The notes: generated by a model from the sequence alone, not told the origin. 64,000 bases of DNA from an uncultured Desulfatitalea sp. (GCA_963668675.2 CAXXMB010000002.1:2208001-2272000); one strand, 5' to 3'. Positions 52,591 through 63,411 are shown, counted from the stretch's first letter. Numbers and translations are program-made.

Positions 52591-54924
52591 ATGTGCTATA
52601 GATTGATGATTGGAAACGATACGATTGAGATGAAAACACATTCCCGCAAAAGCTTCAACCTCATCCTCCGCTGGTGGAACGCTCTGCTCGATCGTTTCGC
52701 TACCCCCGGTATGGAGACGAAGGAGGGTCTCTCTTACTGGCGCAGTCGCGTCTTGCAGCATCTGGTGGCCGTAACGCTCTTGACGGGGCTTTCCGTTTTA
52801 GGACCAACCGTTGCTATACTGCTCCGCTCGGGTTTCTGGCTCTTGGCGCTCCTCGACACCCTGATATATCTGATTGCCATGGCTTTGATGATGATCCCCA
52901 TGGGCTATCGCACCCGCGTCTTTATCGCCCTGGCCGGTTTTTACGCGGTTGGGACTTCTATTACTATCAACCTGGGGGTGGTGAGCGGTGGCCCGTTCTG
53001 GCTCTTCGCCTTTGCGGCCATCGCCGGAATCCTGATCGGGTTCAAGTCGGCCGTCGCGGCCATTTTGCTCAACGCAGTGACGTTGACCCTTTTGGGCGGG
53101 CTGCAGGCAGATGGGGTGCTCGCTTCAGGGCAGCCCTTTTATCCGAGTATCGGCAGGGCTGGCGTCGCCGGCGTCAATTTTCTTTTTCTCAATGCCTTGG
53201 TGGCCTTCTCCATTGCCGGCCTGACGCAGGGGCTGCAATCGGTCATCATCCGCGCGCGCCGTGTACGCGATGAACTGTCTAAGGAGGTTGATGCCCGTAA
53301 ACAGACCGAGAGATCCCTAAGAACCAGTGAGGAGAAGTACCGCCTGCTGGCCGAGAACCTGTCGGACATCCTCTGGTCCTTGGACATGGACCTCAACATC
53401 ACCTATCTCAGTTCGTCGGCAACGACCTTGCTGGGATGGTCGGCCGAGGAACTCAAGGCCATGGGCGTATCGGACGTGTTGACCTCCGGCTCGGTGGAAA
53501 AGGCGATGACGCTGATCGACGAGCTGCTTGGTGATGGTGAAGCGAACGGTGATTTCAGAAAGGCGGCCACGCTCGTTTTGGAAATGCGCTGCAAAGACGG
53601 CAGCACCTTGCCGGTTGAGACCCGGGGAGCCTTCCTGTTGGGTGAGGACCACCGGCCCATCGGCATCGTCGGCATCTCGAGGGACATCTCAAGGCGCATT
53701 CGGGCTCAAAAGGAGAAGGAGGCCCTACAATCAAGGCTGTTGCAGTCTAAAAAAATGGAGGCGATCGGTCTGCTGGCCAGCGGTGTGGCGCACGATCTGA
53801 ACAATGTGCTCTCCGGCATTGTCAGCTACCCGGACCTTCTTCTGCTCGATCTGCCCGTGGAGAGTCCGTTGCGCAAACCGCTGGAGACGATTCGTCAGAC
53901 AGGCAACAAGGCCGCCGATATCGTCCAGGACCTTTTGGTGATGGCCCGGCGCAACGTTCAGTCATGGAGCGCGACCTCTCTCAACCAGGTGGTCGAAGAG
54001 CATCTCTGCTCACCGGAACACAGCGACTTGCTCCTGCGCTATCCCGGCATAGAGGTCTGCACCGAGCTTGACCCGCAATTGGCCAATATCAAGGGGTCGC
54101 CGATCCATCTAAAGAAAGCGTTGATGAACCTGCTCATCAACGGGGCCGAAGCCCAACCGCAGGGAGGCGCTATAATGATCCGTACGCTAAACGCAACCTT
54201 CGCTCAACCGCCCAAAGGCATCCCCCAGATGCCTCTCGGAACGTATGTTGGCCTGGAGGTCTCAGACAGCGGTGTGGGTATCACGGAGGAGGATCAGCAG
54301 CGCATCTTCGAACCCTTTTTCACCCGCAAGGTGATGGGGCGCAGCGGCAGCGGGCTGGGCATGTCCGTGGTGTGGGGGACGGTGGAGGACCATAAGGGTT
54401 TTATCTCCGTCCAGAGCGAAGAGATGCAAGGCACCACATTCAAACTCTATTTCCCTGCCACTGACGACCAGCCTTCGGATTTGCAGCGGCGTGTCTCACC
54501 GAAGCGTTATCTGGGCAACGGAGAGACCGTGTTGGTGGTCGACGATGTGGCCGAGCAGCGCGAAATCGCAGCCAGCATTCTCGAGCGCCTCGGCTACCGT
54601 GCGGTTACGGCCGTATCCGGAGAGGAGGCGCTCGACTACCTGAAGCGCAACGCATCGCCGGTCGATGCCGTCATTCTGGACATGATCATGCCTGGCTTGG
54701 ACGGGTTGGACACCTACCATGCGATACGCCAGCTGCATCCCGAAATGAAGGCTCTGATCGCCAGCGGTTTCTCGGAGACGGGGCGGGTCAAAGAGGCGAT
54801 CCAGCTCGGTGTCGGTGCCTATGTTCGCAAGCCCTACATGCTTGAGGATATCGGGCTGGCCATGCGCAAAATCCTCTCCTCGTCTATTGACAGAGATGAT
54901 CAGGCAGGAGATGTAGGGATATGA
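52591..54924 (+). CDS. Membrane PAS hybrid histidine kinase with REC domain (start uncertain)
   Basis: TM region, PAS, GVAHDLNN, GSGLG, ILDMIMP. Confidence 0.9.
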   Translation: MCYRLMIGNDTIEMKTHSRKSFNLILRWWNALLDRFATPGMETKEGLSYWRSRVLQHLVAVTLLTGLSVLGPTVAILLRSGFWLLALLDTLIYLIAMALMMIPMGYRTRVFIALAGFYAVGTSITINLGVVSGGPFWLFAFAAIAGILIGFKSAVAAILLNAVTLTLLGGLQADGVLASGQPFYPSIGRAGVAGVNFLFLNALVAFSIAGLTQGLQSVIIRARRVRDELSKEVDARKQTERSLRTSEEKYRLLAENLSDILWSLDMDLNITYLSSSATTLLGWSAEELKAMGVSDVLTSGSVEKAMTLIDELLGDGEANGDFRKAATLVLEMRCKDGSTLPVETRGAFLLGEDHRPIGIVGISRDISRRIRAQKEKEALQSRLLQSKKMEAIGLLASGVAHDLNNVLSGIVSYPDLLLLDLPVESPLRKPLETIRQTGNKAADIVQDLLVMARRNVQSWSATSLNQVVEEHLCSPEHSDLLLRYPGIEVCTELDPQLANIKGSPIHLKKALMNLLINGAEAQPQGGAIMIRTLNATFAQPPKGIPQMPLGTYVGLEVSDSGVGITEEDQQRIFEPFFTRKVMGRSGSGLGMSVVWGTVEDHKGFISVQSEEMQGTTFKLYFPATDDQPSDLQRRVSPKRYLGNGETVLVVDDVAEQREIAASILERLGYRAVTAVSGEEALDYLKRNASPVDAVILDMIMPGLDGLDTYHAIRQLHPEMKALIASGFSETGRVKEAIQLGVGAYVRKPYMLEDIGLAMRKILSSSIDRDDQAGDVGI

Positions 54925-54977
54925 CCGTTTAGCCAGCCTTGGCAAAGAAGGCTTCCACTCAACACAAGGGGGGACCG

Positions 54978-55442
54978 ATGATTACGGCCCAAGAGATCAT
55001 GACCGCCGATGTGATAACCCTGGCACCCGAGACCGATATCGGTCGGGCGGCGCAGGTACTGCTTGAAAATGGGATTAATGGCGCACCGGTGGTGGACGGC
55101 GAGGGGCGACTGGCGGGCATCTTGTGCCAGAGCGATCTAGTGGCCCAGCAGAAAAGGCTTCCCATGCCGACGGTTTTCACCCTGCTGGATGGATACGTGT
55201 CGTTGAGCTCGGCCAAGCAGATCGAGAAAGAGGTACGCAAAATAGCGGCCTTGACCGTTACCGAAGCGATGACGACCGACCCGGTCACCGTGCGGTCGGA
55301 CACGAACCTGGAGACCATTGCCGGACTGATGGTGGACAGCGGTTTTCACACGCTACCGGTCGTGGACGACGGACGGTTGGTGGGGATCATCGGCAAGGAG
55401 GATGTCCTGCGAACCTTGCTGACCGTGCCCAAAGCGAACTAG
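54978..55442 (+). CDS. CBS-domain protein
   Basis: Two CBS repeats (APVVD, LPVVD). Confidence 0.88.
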   Translation: MITAQEIMTADVITLAPETDIGRAAQVLLENGINGAPVVDGEGRLAGILCQSDLVAQQKRLPMPTVFTLLDGYVSLSSAKQIEKEVRKIAALTVTEAMTTDPVTVRSDTNLETIAGLMVDSGFHTLPVVDDGRLVGIIGKEDVLRTLLTVPKAN

Positions 55443-55452
55443 GCATTTGCAG

Positions 55453-55659
55453 ATGATCAGTGCGTCAACCCTGATGTGGTGCATCCTTTTCGGATCGATC
55501 GGTTTGGGTTTCTTCGTCTATGGGAAAAAACAGAAGGCTTTGGTACCCCTATTTTGCGGTATCGGGCTGATGGTGTTCCCCTATTTTATTTCGAACCCAT
55601 ACATATTGGTCTTTTCAGGGACGGTTCTGGTGGCCGCACCTTTTGTCATCAAGGTATAG
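55453..55659 (+). CDS. Small membrane protein
   Basis: FGSIGLGFFVYGKKQ...LMVFPYF. Confidence 0.7.
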   Translation: MISASTLMWCILFGSIGLGFFVYGKKQKALVPLFCGIGLMVFPYFISNPYILVFSGTVLVAAPFVIKV

Positions 55660-55713
55660 CGTGTGCGCCCGGAAGATGACCCGGGAGTAGAAAAAGAGGC
55701 AGAGACAACAACC

Positions 55714-55863
55714 ATGAAACCTTACACATGCACCGAATATCGTGAAGAGATGGTCCTGGTGGGCTTGCGCCGCCGCCTGGCGGACCCGGCCCTGGACCCC
55801 CGTGAAAAAGAGGAGCTCGAAAAGGAGATCAAGAAGCTGGAAGTTGAGATGGGCATGGAGTAG
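55714..55863 (+). CDS. Small coiled-coil protein
   Basis: MKPYTCTEYREEMVLVGLRRRL... Confidence 0.55.
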   Translation: MKPYTCTEYREEMVLVGLRRRLADPALDPREKEELEKEIKKLEVEMGME

Positions 55864-55926
55864 CAGACCGGCTCACCGGCCGACCGAACTTACAGCCGGC
55901 CGGCAAACAGATCATGCCGACACCGT

Positions 55927-56391
55927 CTATTTGTCCTGCATGTCGAGGGTGTGGTTGAGCTCGATGGCCGCCTGAACGCTTGCCGCGGCCGGGCAGTGGG
56001 GCAGGTAGACCTTGAAGGCCTCTTCGGCAGCTGTTCGCTGGTCCGGAGACAGCTTCAAGGTATAGTGGACATTGATGCGCGTGATCTTGAGGACGCCATC
56101 GACGTTTTCGATCTCACCGCTCACATCGGCGCGATAGCGCTCTTTTGGGGTGGCAATCCTGCTTTTCGCCAGCACAGTGGCGAAGGTCCCCATCATTCAC
56201 CCGCCCACGGCGCCCACAACGTGGTCCAGCGTGGCGGCATGCTCCTCTTCCGGTTCGATGCGGTAAAATCCTTTAATGCCCCCGTGCACCCCATAGTAGA
56301 CCGGTTCGTCGAATCCCTTGATGACCGCTTTGCGGGTGGGGCCTTTTTCCCTGGTGATCACAATTTCAGAACGATGAATAATGTCGCCCAT
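55927..56391 (-). CDS. OsmC/Ohr-like probable selenoprotein (Sec at codon 65, 154 aa)
   Basis: Two in-frame ORFs joined by TGA (56197-99): GAVGG-U-MMGT...HCPAAAS; SECIS-like hairpin follows. Confidence 0.8.
56165..56184 (-). promoter_or_regulatory. Bacterial SECIS-like hairpin
   Basis: TTCGCCA-CTGTGC-TGGCGAA starting 12 nt after the UGA. Confidence 0.7.
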
Positions 56392-56554
56392 GGCAACCTC
56401 CTTCAGGTTGGGTTGGTTTGTTGGTTAGGGCTTGAGCTTGGTTGAGCATATTGAGACAATATAAGGCGCATTTGGGGATGTGCCAGCAGGGATAGGCTGA
56501 AGGTGTTTAGACTTGAAGCTTGAAGGCTGAAGAGGATGCCTTCAAAAGTCCTCC

Positions 56555-57214
56555 TCAGCTTGCCTCTATCAACCTTAGAAGATCCAGGGGGTGGGCCAGC
56601 ACCCGGACGGCACCGGCATCGATCAGCTCCTGACGCGGCCGGAAGCCCCAATCCGCACCCACCGGCAGCATACCGGCCCGCTTGGCCGTCTCCATGTCCA
56701 CGGCACTGTCCCCCAGAAAGAGGCATTGCGCGGGCGAAACATTCATGGCTCGGGCTGCGTCCAGGGCCTGTTGGGGATCGGGCTTTTTGGGGATGCCGTC
56801 CTGCTGCCCCAGTATGCTCCGGAAGGGAACCGCTCGAAAATAGTGGTCGATCATCAGTCCGGTGAAGCGGTGGGGTTTGTTAGTGACCACCGCCATCTGC
56901 CTGCCGCGTCGCTGCAGCTCGCCGAGCAGTTCGGGGATGCCGTTGTAGGGCCGGGTGGCGCAGTGCCAGTTGCGGTTGTAGTCGTTGAGCAACGCCTGGA
57001 GGCAGGTTGCGATGATGTCCGGGGAACGCTTTGCGGCCGGCAGGGCGCGCTCTATGAGAACGGCCGATCCGTCGCCGATAAACCACCGGTAGGCGTCACT
57101 GGGGTGGGAGGGATAGCCGTTGGCCGCCAATGCGCGGTTGGCCGAAGCCGCCAGATCGTCGAGCGTATCGAGCAGGGTGCCGTCGAGATCAAAGACAACT
57201 GCCTGGTACTTCAT
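56555..57214 (-). CDS. HAD-family phosphatase (phosphoglycolate phosphatase-like)
   Basis: FDLDGTLLDT, TNK, KKPDP, GDSAVD. Confidence 0.9.
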   Translation of the reverse strand: MKYQAVVFDLDGTLLDTLDDLAASANRALAANGYPSHPSDAYRWFIGDGSAVLIERALPAAKRSPDIIATCLQALLNDYNRNWHCATRPYNGIPELLGELQRRGRQMAVVTNKPHRFTGLMIDHYFRAVPFRSILGQQDGIPKKPDPQQALDAARAMNVSPAQCLFLGDSAVDMETAKRAGMLPVGADWGFRPRQELIDAGAVRVLAHPLDLLRLIEAS

Positions 57215-57431
57215 GGGACCCTTCCTTTTGCAGCGGTTGGCAATACCGGGAACCTATAGCGCGTCCGGCCGGACAGGGCAAGCGCGGGGCAACGGCTTCC
57301 CATCCGCAGGTTGACAAACCCTACAACCTGGGCTTTAGTAGCGCTCGCAAAACCCACCCGTTGTCTGATATGAACCGGATACACCGCTGGCCGCCTTGGC
57401 ACCATCGTTATCAACCCTGTGGGAGACGAGG

Positions 57432-58058
57432 ATGATGATGCATGATCTAAAATGGTCTTTGTTGTTGATCGGCCTTCTGGCCCTGGCGCCGATCTGTTCG
57501 GCGCAGGAGTGCCTCAGCCCCTCCCCGACCACCCTGGCCGGCGGGCGCAGCTACGATCCCATCAAGGATAGAGAGCTCACCCCAGACGAACGAAACACGC
57601 TTCAGAATTTGCTCAAATCGCTGGATGGCGAGTGGCGAGGGGTGTCCGACACCTTTTTTTGCAAGAGCATCTCCGATCCCGACGATGTGGAGCCGAGACA
57701 CTATACCATCAAAGCCAAAGCGCGTGTCGACCGTTACGGCAACCTGCTCATAGAGGCGGAGTTATACGATCCCGAGAACCGATCCAGCCATCAGGAGACG
57801 CTGCGGCTCTACCTGAACAACAAACGGCTGCGCATCGACCATGACACCGGCGCTGGCGATGTGGAGTTGATCGAGGTGAGCGACCAAAAGATCGCCTTTC
57901 TCTACCGGCGGGTCAATCCCACCGGCAAGGCGACCGGCTCGTCCAGAAGCGAATATTTCTTTACGCTGAGCGCCGGGGAGCGGTCCCTGACTATCGAGCA
58001 GCAGCTCTACGTGCAGGCCAAATTGAGTTCGGGTTACGCCTGGCAGCTCAAACGATAG
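57432..58058 (+). CDS. Hypothetical exported protein
   Basis: Signal peptide, beta-rich mature region. Confidence 0.6.
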   Translation: MMMHDLKWSLLLIGLLALAPICSAQECLSPSPTTLAGGRSYDPIKDRELTPDERNTLQNLLKSLDGEWRGVSDTFFCKSISDPDDVEPRHYTIKAKARVDRYGNLLIEAELYDPENRSSHQETLRLYLNNKRLRIDHDTGAGDVELIEVSDQKIAFLYRRVNPTGKATGSSRSEYFFTLSAGERSLTIEQQLYVQAKLSSGYAWQLKR

Positions 58059-58087
58059 CGGCCGCTGAAAACGAAAGTGAACGAGCA

Positions 58088-59944
58088 TTGAACCACAAAT
58101 GCGATAGTGCTGCCCAGCCGGCCCTCTCTCCCCGACAGGCGCTGCGTAAATATTTCGGCTATGAATCCTTCAGGACCCACCAGAGCGACATCATTGACAG
58201 GGTGATGGACGGCAAAGATGCGTTCGTGCTGATGCCCACGGGAAGCGGCAAATCGATCTGCTACCAGATTCCGTCCATCCTGCGCCCCGGTGTTGGTGTG
58301 ATCGTATCGCCCCTGATCGCCCTCATGCAGGACCAGGTGGATGCCCTGCAGGAGAACGGCGTGCGGGCCGCCTATCTCAACTCCAGCCTCTCGGCGGATG
58401 CTGCCGCAGAGGTGGGCCGCCGGGTGGCCGCCGGCCGGATCGACCTGCTCTATGTGGCCCCCGAGCGCCTGCTGATGCCCGGCTTCCAGCGGTTGCTCGC
58501 CCGGACCCCCATTGCCCTCTTTGCCATTGATGAAGCGCACTGCGTCTCCCAGTGGGGGCACGATTTCCGTCCCGAATACCGTCGCATCGCCGGTGTGACC
58601 AGCCAGTTTCCCGGGGTGCCGCGCATGGCGCTCACCGCCACGGCCGACCGTCTGACCCGGGACGACATAGTGGAAAAGCTCGAATTGACCCGGGCCGGTA
58701 CCTTTGTCTCCAGCTTCGACCGCCCCAACATCACCTACCGCATCCAACTGAAAAACAGCGCCAAAAAGCAGCTTCTCGGTTTTCTGCGGGCCGAGCATCC
58801 GGACGATGCGGGCATCGTCTACGTGCGCACCCGCAAGAGGGCCGACGACATTGCCGCCTGGTTGCAGGAGCAGGGTATGAAGGCCTTGCCCTACCACGCC
58901 GGATTGGAGCGCCACCTGCGGATTTGTCACCAGCAGCGTTTCCTGCGCGAAGAGGGGGTGGTGATAGTGGCAACCATCGCGTTCGGCATGGGCATCGACA
59001 AGCCCGACGTGCGTTTCGTGGCCCACCTGGACCTGCCGTCGAGCATGGAGGCTTACTATCAGGAGACTGGCCGGGCCGGTCGCGACGGGCAGCCGGCAGA
59101 TGCCTGGATGGTCTATGCCCTCGCAGACGTGGTGGCCATGCGGAAGCTGCAGGAGACCTCGGACGGCAACGACGCCTTCAAGCAGGTCCAGCGGCGTAAG
59201 TTGGAGGCCCTTCTCGGCTTTTGCGAAACCGCGGTCTGCCGGCGAAAGGCCCTGCTCAACTATTTTGATGAGCGCTATCCGGAAGCGTGCGGCAATTGCG
59301 ACAACTGCAATGAGGCGGTAGAGACCTGGGACGCCACCATACCCGCCCAGAAGGCGCTGTCGTGCGTCTACCGCACCGGCCAGCGCTTCGGCGCCGCCCA
59401 TCTGACCGATGTGCTGCTGGGCAACGAGACCGATCGCATCCGGCAACTGGGGCACCATCGCCTGAAGACGTTCGGTGTGGGGCAGGAGCTCTCCTCGCGC
59501 CAATGGCGCTCGGTCTATCGACAGCTGATCGCCGCAGGCCGGCTGGCCGTCACCACGGCCGCCATTCCCGGCTTCTGCCTCTGCCCGGAGAGCTGGCCGG
59601 TGCTCAAGGGAGAGAGCCGTTTGATGCTGCGCCGGGACCCCGAGCCGGTCAAGACGAAAAAGCGATCCCGGGCATCGGTCCAACCGGCCGTGGACTTCGA
59701 GAGTCAGGCCGACCTGGCGCTGTGGGAACATCTGCGCCGGCTTAGGCTCGAAATCGCCCAGAAGATCGACAAACCGCCCTTCGTGGTGTTCCACGACAAG
59801 ACCCTGCGGGAGATGGTTATAGAAAAACCCGCCAACCGCAGCGAGTTTCTCGCGCTCAACGGCGTAGGCGAGCACAAGACCGATCAATATTCAGAGCGCT
59901 TCCTGGAGGCTATCCGGGACCATGCCCATGAGAAAGGGAGTTGA
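58088..59944 (+). CDS. recQ: ATP-dependent DNA helicase RecQ
   Basis: [38 protein letters not shown] and HRDC domains. Confidence 0.96.
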   Translation: MNHKCDSAAQPALSPRQALRKYFGYESFRTHQSDIIDRVMDGKDAFVLMPTGSGKSICYQIPSILRPGVGVIVSPLIALMQDQVDALQENGVRAAYLNSSLSADAAAEVGRRVAAGRIDLLYVAPERLLMPGFQRLLARTPIALFAIDEAHCVSQWGHDFRPEYRRIAGVTSQFPGVPRMALTATADRLTRDDIVEKLELTRAGTFVSSFDRPNITYRIQLKNSAKKQLLGFLRAEHPDDAGIVYVRTRKRADDIAAWLQEQGMKALPYHAGLERHLRICHQQRFLREEGVVIVATIAFGMGIDKPDVRFVAHLDLPSSMEAYYQETGRAGRDGQPADAWMVYALADVVAMRKLQETSDGNDAFKQVQRRKLEALLGFCETAVCRRKALLNYFDERYPEACGNCDNCNEAVETWDATIPAQKALSCVYRTGQRFGAAHLTDVLLGNETDRIRQLGHHRLKTFGVGQELSSRQWRSVYRQLIAAGRLAVTTAAIPGFCLCPESWPVLKGESRLMLRRDPEPVKTKKRSRASVQPAVDFESQADLALWEHLRRLRLEIAQKIDKPPFVVFHDKTLREMVIEKPANRSEFLALNGVGEHKTDQYSERFLEAIRDHAHEKGS

Positions 59945-60003
59945 TTCCCAGCACCTTGTCCGTCTATGATGAGCACCTTTAATGGTGGTGTGGGGCCGCG
60001 CCG

Positions 60004-60960
60004 ATGGATGAGCGGCATTGCATGCCAAGGCTGGAGATCATTTCATTGAATCGATTTTATGCTCATATGGTGCTGACCCTCTTTATCCTTTTCGGCCTGG
60101 CCGGACCGACGGCTGCCAATTCCAACGCCCTGCTCACGATCACCGATCCGACCGGCCGGACCCTGCAGGCACCCGCCCATCCGCAACGCATCGTTGCTTT
60201 GGCGCCCAGCGTCACTGAAATCGTCTATGCCCTCGGGCAGGAGGCGCGGCTCGTGGGGGTCACGCGCTACAGCAACTATCCGATCGCCGCCCGAAAGCTG
60301 CCCAAGGTGGGCTCTTACATCCATCTCGACGTTGAACGGATTGTGGCGCTTCAGCCCGATTTGTGCCTGGCCGTCAAGGACGGCAACCCCATTGCCGTGG
60401 TCGAGCAGCTCGAAAGCCTTGGACTATCGGTATATGCCGTCAACCCGATCGACCTGGAGCGTGTGATGCAAAGTGTGCAGGCCATCGGCGGTCTGCTCGA
60501 CGCCTCGTCGAAGGCTCGCGCCATTACCGACGATATGCGGCAACGCATCGCATACGTCGAAACGCGTATCGCCCAGACCTCTGTTCGCCCCACCGTCTTT
60601 TTCCAGATCGGCATCTCTCCCATCGTATCGGTGGGCAGCGACACCTTTATCCACACGCTGATCGAATTGGCCGGAGGCACCAACCTGGCTGCCGGCAAAG
60701 CGCCCTACCCGCGCTTCTCCCGTGAGCAGGTGATCGCCCTGGCGCCCGAGGTGATGGTGATCTCCTCCATGGCAAGGGCCGCTGTTTTCGAACAGGTCAA
60801 AGCCGAATGGATGCAGTGGCCGGCCATACCGGCCGTGAAGCGGCAGGCCGTCTTCATCGCCCCCCCCGATATGTTCGACCGCCCCTCGCCGCGCCTGGTC
60901 GATGCCCTTGAGCTGCTGGCCAGCCTGATCCATCCCCAGCTGTTTGAGGCGCGGCCATGA
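60004..60960 (+). CDS. btuF: Cobalamin/iron-siderophore ABC substrate-binding protein (BtuF-like)
   Basis: RIVALAPSVTE, DRPSPRL; next to B12 riboswitch. Confidence 0.8.
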   Translation: MDERHCMPRLEIISLNRFYAHMVLTLFILFGLAGPTAANSNALLTITDPTGRTLQAPAHPQRIVALAPSVTEIVYALGQEARLVGVTRYSNYPIAARKLPKVGSYIHLDVERIVALQPDLCLAVKDGNPIAVVEQLESLGLSVYAVNPIDLERVMQSVQAIGGLLDASSKARAITDDMRQRIAYVETRIAQTSVRPTVFFQIGISPIVSVGSDTFIHTLIELAGGTNLAAGKAPYPRFSREQVIALAPEVMVISSMARAAVFEQVKAEWMQWPAIPAVKRQAVFIAPPDMFDRPSPRLVDALELLASLIHPQLFEARP

Positions 60961-61976
60961 ACACTTCAGGCCCCGATTCGGTCCGCCGCCTGGCCGTCAT
61001 ACTGTCGCTAATGGCTGCAGTGCTGTTGGGATCACTCTATCTTGGCCTGGCCGCCGGCTCTACCGGAGGGGATTTCTGGTCGGTCATCCGGAGTCTGGGC
61101 GGCGGAAGTGAAGACAAACTGCTCCACGATATCATCTGGCGCTTGCGTCTGCCGCGGGTGCTGCTGGCGGCCCTGCTGGGGGCCACCTTGAGCCTGGCCG
61201 GCATGGTGTTTCAGGCCCTGCTGCGAAACCCCCTGGCCGAGCCATACATCCTGGGGGTCTCGGGCGGCTCGGCCATCGGCGCTATCATCGGCATCCTCAT
61301 GGGGTTGGCCCGCTTTCCCGGCGTGTGGCTGACCGCCTTCATCGGCAGCCTGGCCACCCTGGGCGTGCTTTTTCTCATGGCGCCTGGGCGCTCGTTCGTG
61401 CGCTCCAACACCCTGCTGCTCTCCGGGGTGATGGTCAATGCCTTCTGCGCGGCCGTCATCATGTTTCTCATCTCCATGGCCCAGGACAGCCGGCTGCACA
61501 ACATCATATTCTGGCTCATGGGCGATCTGGCCGCAGCAACCAACAGCAAGGTCGCCGGGCTGGCCCTGACTGTGATCCCCTGTTTCGTCCTGATTTTCAT
61601 GCGTTCCCACGCCATGAACCTGTTGGCCCTGGGCAGCGATATGGCCCACAGCATGGGGGTGAGCATCAAGCGCACGACCATCATACTTCTGGCGGTCACC
61701 TCGCTGATGGTCAGCGCCACGGTAAGCTACTGCGGCCTGGTCGGATTCGTGGGGCTGGTCATGCCTCACATGCTGCGGCTGATCCTGGGGCCCGACCATC
61801 GCGTGCTGGCGCCGGCTTGCATTTTGGGCGGGGCGGCTTTCATGGTGGTGTGTGATGTCCTGGCCCGCACCCTGCCGGCCCAGGGCGAGATGCCTGTGGG
61901 TGTCGTGTCGGCCCTGATCGGCGCGCCGCTGTTTATCTACCTGTTGAGAAAGTCCGGGAAGACTGAAGGTGTGTAA
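60957..61976 (+). CDS. btuC: FecCD/BtuC-family permease
   Basis: LRLPR, RNPLAEPYILGVSGG, GFVGLVMPH. Confidence 0.85.
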   Translation: MNTSGPDSVRRLAVILSLMAAVLLGSLYLGLAAGSTGGDFWSVIRSLGGGSEDKLLHDIIWRLRLPRVLLAALLGATLSLAGMVFQALLRNPLAEPYILGVSGGSAIGAIIGILMGLARFPGVWLTAFIGSLATLGVLFLMAPGRSFVRSNTLLLSGVMVNAFCAAVIMFLISMAQDSRLHNIIFWLMGDLAAATNSKVAGLALTVIPCFVLIFMRSHAMNLLALGSDMAHSMGVSIKRTTIILLAVTSLMVSATVSYCGLVGFVGLVMPHMLRLILGPDHRVLAPACILGGAAFMVVCDVLARTLPAQGEMPVGVVSALIGAPLFIYLLRKSGKTEGV

Positions 61977-61987
61977 GGCGATGACTC

Positions 61988-62033
61988 AATCCCCGCCGGC
62001 CCCCCTTTTCCAAAGGTGGGTCAGGGGGTATTC
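61988..62033. repeat. REP-like GC-rich palindrome between btuC and btuD
   Basis: AATCCCC...CCCCCCTTTTCCAAAGGTGGG...GGGGGTATT. Confidence 0.4.
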
Positions 62034-62053
62034 AACCTAAACGAGGTACCCCG

Positions 62054-62848
62054 ATGACCAACGCCGTCCAAGCCCAATCCATCGGACACGCCTTCAACGG
62101 CCAGGCCGTATTATCGGAGCTGACCTTTCAGGTGCCTTCGGGCGCCTTTTTCATCATCATCGGGCCCAACGGGTCGGGTAAAACCACCCTGCTCAAACTG
62201 ATGACCGGCCTGCTCGCCGTGCAGAACGGTCAGCTGTCGGTGCTGTCCCGCCCAATCGGTGACTATACCGCCCGTGAGCTGGCCCGCCGCATGGCCTATG
62301 TGCCCCAAACGGTTCCGATCACCTTCGGCTTCAGCGTCATACAAGTGGTGATGATGGGCCGCGCTCCCCACCTGGGGATGTTGGGCTTTGAGAGCGAGCA
62401 GGACCGTGAGCTGGCGCGGGAGGCCATGCGTCTGGCTGGTGTGGACCACCTGGCCGAACGACGTCTCGACCAGCTCAGCGGGGGCGAACAGCAGCGTGTC
62501 TTTATCGCCCGGGCCATCTGTCAGCAGCCGGCTATTATGCTGCTCGACGAGCCTACCGCCGCCCTGGACCTCTCCCATCAGGTTCGGGTCATGGATCTGA
62601 TGGCGCGCCTGAAAGCCGAACAAGGTGTCACGGTGGTGATGGTCTCCCACGACCTGAACCTGGCCGCCATGTACGCCGATCACCTCCTGTTGCTCGACCG
62701 GGGCCGCCTGGCCGGCAGCGGCACCCCCCATGACGTGTTGCGCTTCGACCTGCTCGAAAAAGTGTACGGCTGCCCCTTGCTGGTCGATAAAAGCCCGCTC
62801 GGAGACTACCCCATCGTCCACCTGGTGCCGGGCCGCTATCTGGGTTGA
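62054..62848 (+). CDS. btuD: Cobalamin/iron ABC ATPase (BtuD-like)
   Basis: GPNGSGKT, LSGGEQQR, LLDEPT, SHDLN. Confidence 0.85.
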   Translation: MTNAVQAQSIGHAFNGQAVLSELTFQVPSGAFFIIIGPNGSGKTTLLKLMTGLLAVQNGQLSVLSRPIGDYTARELARRMAYVPQTVPITFGFSVIQVVMMGRAPHLGMLGFESEQDRELAREAMRLAGVDHLAERRLDQLSGGEQQRVFIARAICQQPAIMLLDEPTAALDLSHQVRVMDLMARLKAEQGVTVVMVSHDLNLAAMYADHLLLLDRGRLAGSGTPHDVLRFDLLEKVYGCPLLVDKSPLGDYPIVHLVPGRYLG

Positions 62849-63021
62849 TCGGGTTAGTTGAGTTCGTTGAGTTTGTTGAGTTGATTGAGTTCTTTGGGTT
62901 TGTTGAGTTTGTTGGGTTGGTCGGGGTCGGGAATCTTCATTGGGGGCCCGGCACATTCCTTCAACTCAACAAACTCAACTAACCCAACTAACCCAACAAA
63001 CCCGATCAGCTCGACTAACTC
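62842..63021. repeat. Two inverted arrays of a 9-bp repeat
   Basis: About 9 x GRGTTNRTY (62842-62922), then about 6 reverse-complement units (62963-63021). Confidence 0.8.
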
Positions 63022-63067
63022 ATCTTGACAATCTGTGTCCGAATGCGTTACGCGTGTTCGACATCTT

Positions 63068-63250
63068 GTATTCAGGTGCTCCTTCGGGAGCTGAAAAGGG
63101 AACCCCGTGAAAATCGGGGGCGGGCCCGCCGCTGTGACCCCGTCAGATGCCGAGTGCATCTGAAACCCCAAGCGCCCTGTGTGCCACTGTCCGAGCCGGA
63201 TGGGAAGGCTGCGTTTGGGGCGGGGAAGCCAGAAGACCTACCTGGAACAA
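63068..63250 (+). ncRNA. Cobalamin riboswitch
   Basis: AGGTG...AAAAGGGAACCCCGTGAAAATCGGGG...CCGCCGCTGTGA...GCCACTG...GGGAAGG...AGCCAGAAGACC. Confidence 0.93.
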
Positions 63251-63311
63251 TCGGCCTGCTATATGGCGTGGATCACCAGTGGCCGGACAGATCGAGCGGA
63301 TAAAAAGGGAC

Positions 63312-63347
63312 ATCCCGGATCGAGTTTAATCGGTCCGGGATTTTTTT
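63312..63347 (+). terminator. Riboswitch-controlled intrinsic terminator
   Basis: ATCCCGGATCGA-N6-TCGGTCCGGGAT then T tract. Confidence 0.75.
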
Positions 63348-63411
63348 GTGCCGGGCCGGGAGAGAGGCATTTACTGTCCGTTGATGCCGAATTGAAGCGG
63401 AGGTTGAAAGG

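Noticed and set aside
55927..56391. Nonsense pseudogene or two separate small genes
   Set aside because: The stop is UGA at the expected catalytic Cys and is followed by a SECIS-like hairpin, so Sec read-through is more parsimonious.
56404..56550. Defined repeat element upstream of the OsmC-like gene
   Set aside because: The G/T-rich and AGGCTGA-like units are too degenerate to delimit confidently.
58034..59887. 617-aa antisense ORF to recQ, and similar long shadow ORFs opposite fadH, hemA, clpB, rlmI and the GTPases
   Set aside because: Typical of high-GC codon bias; no recognisable motifs.
62842..63021. CRISPR array, or the repetitive peptides in ORFs 62111-62956 and 62854-63171
   Set aside because: The 9-bp units have no spacers and there are no cas genes; the peptides are translations of the DNA repeat.
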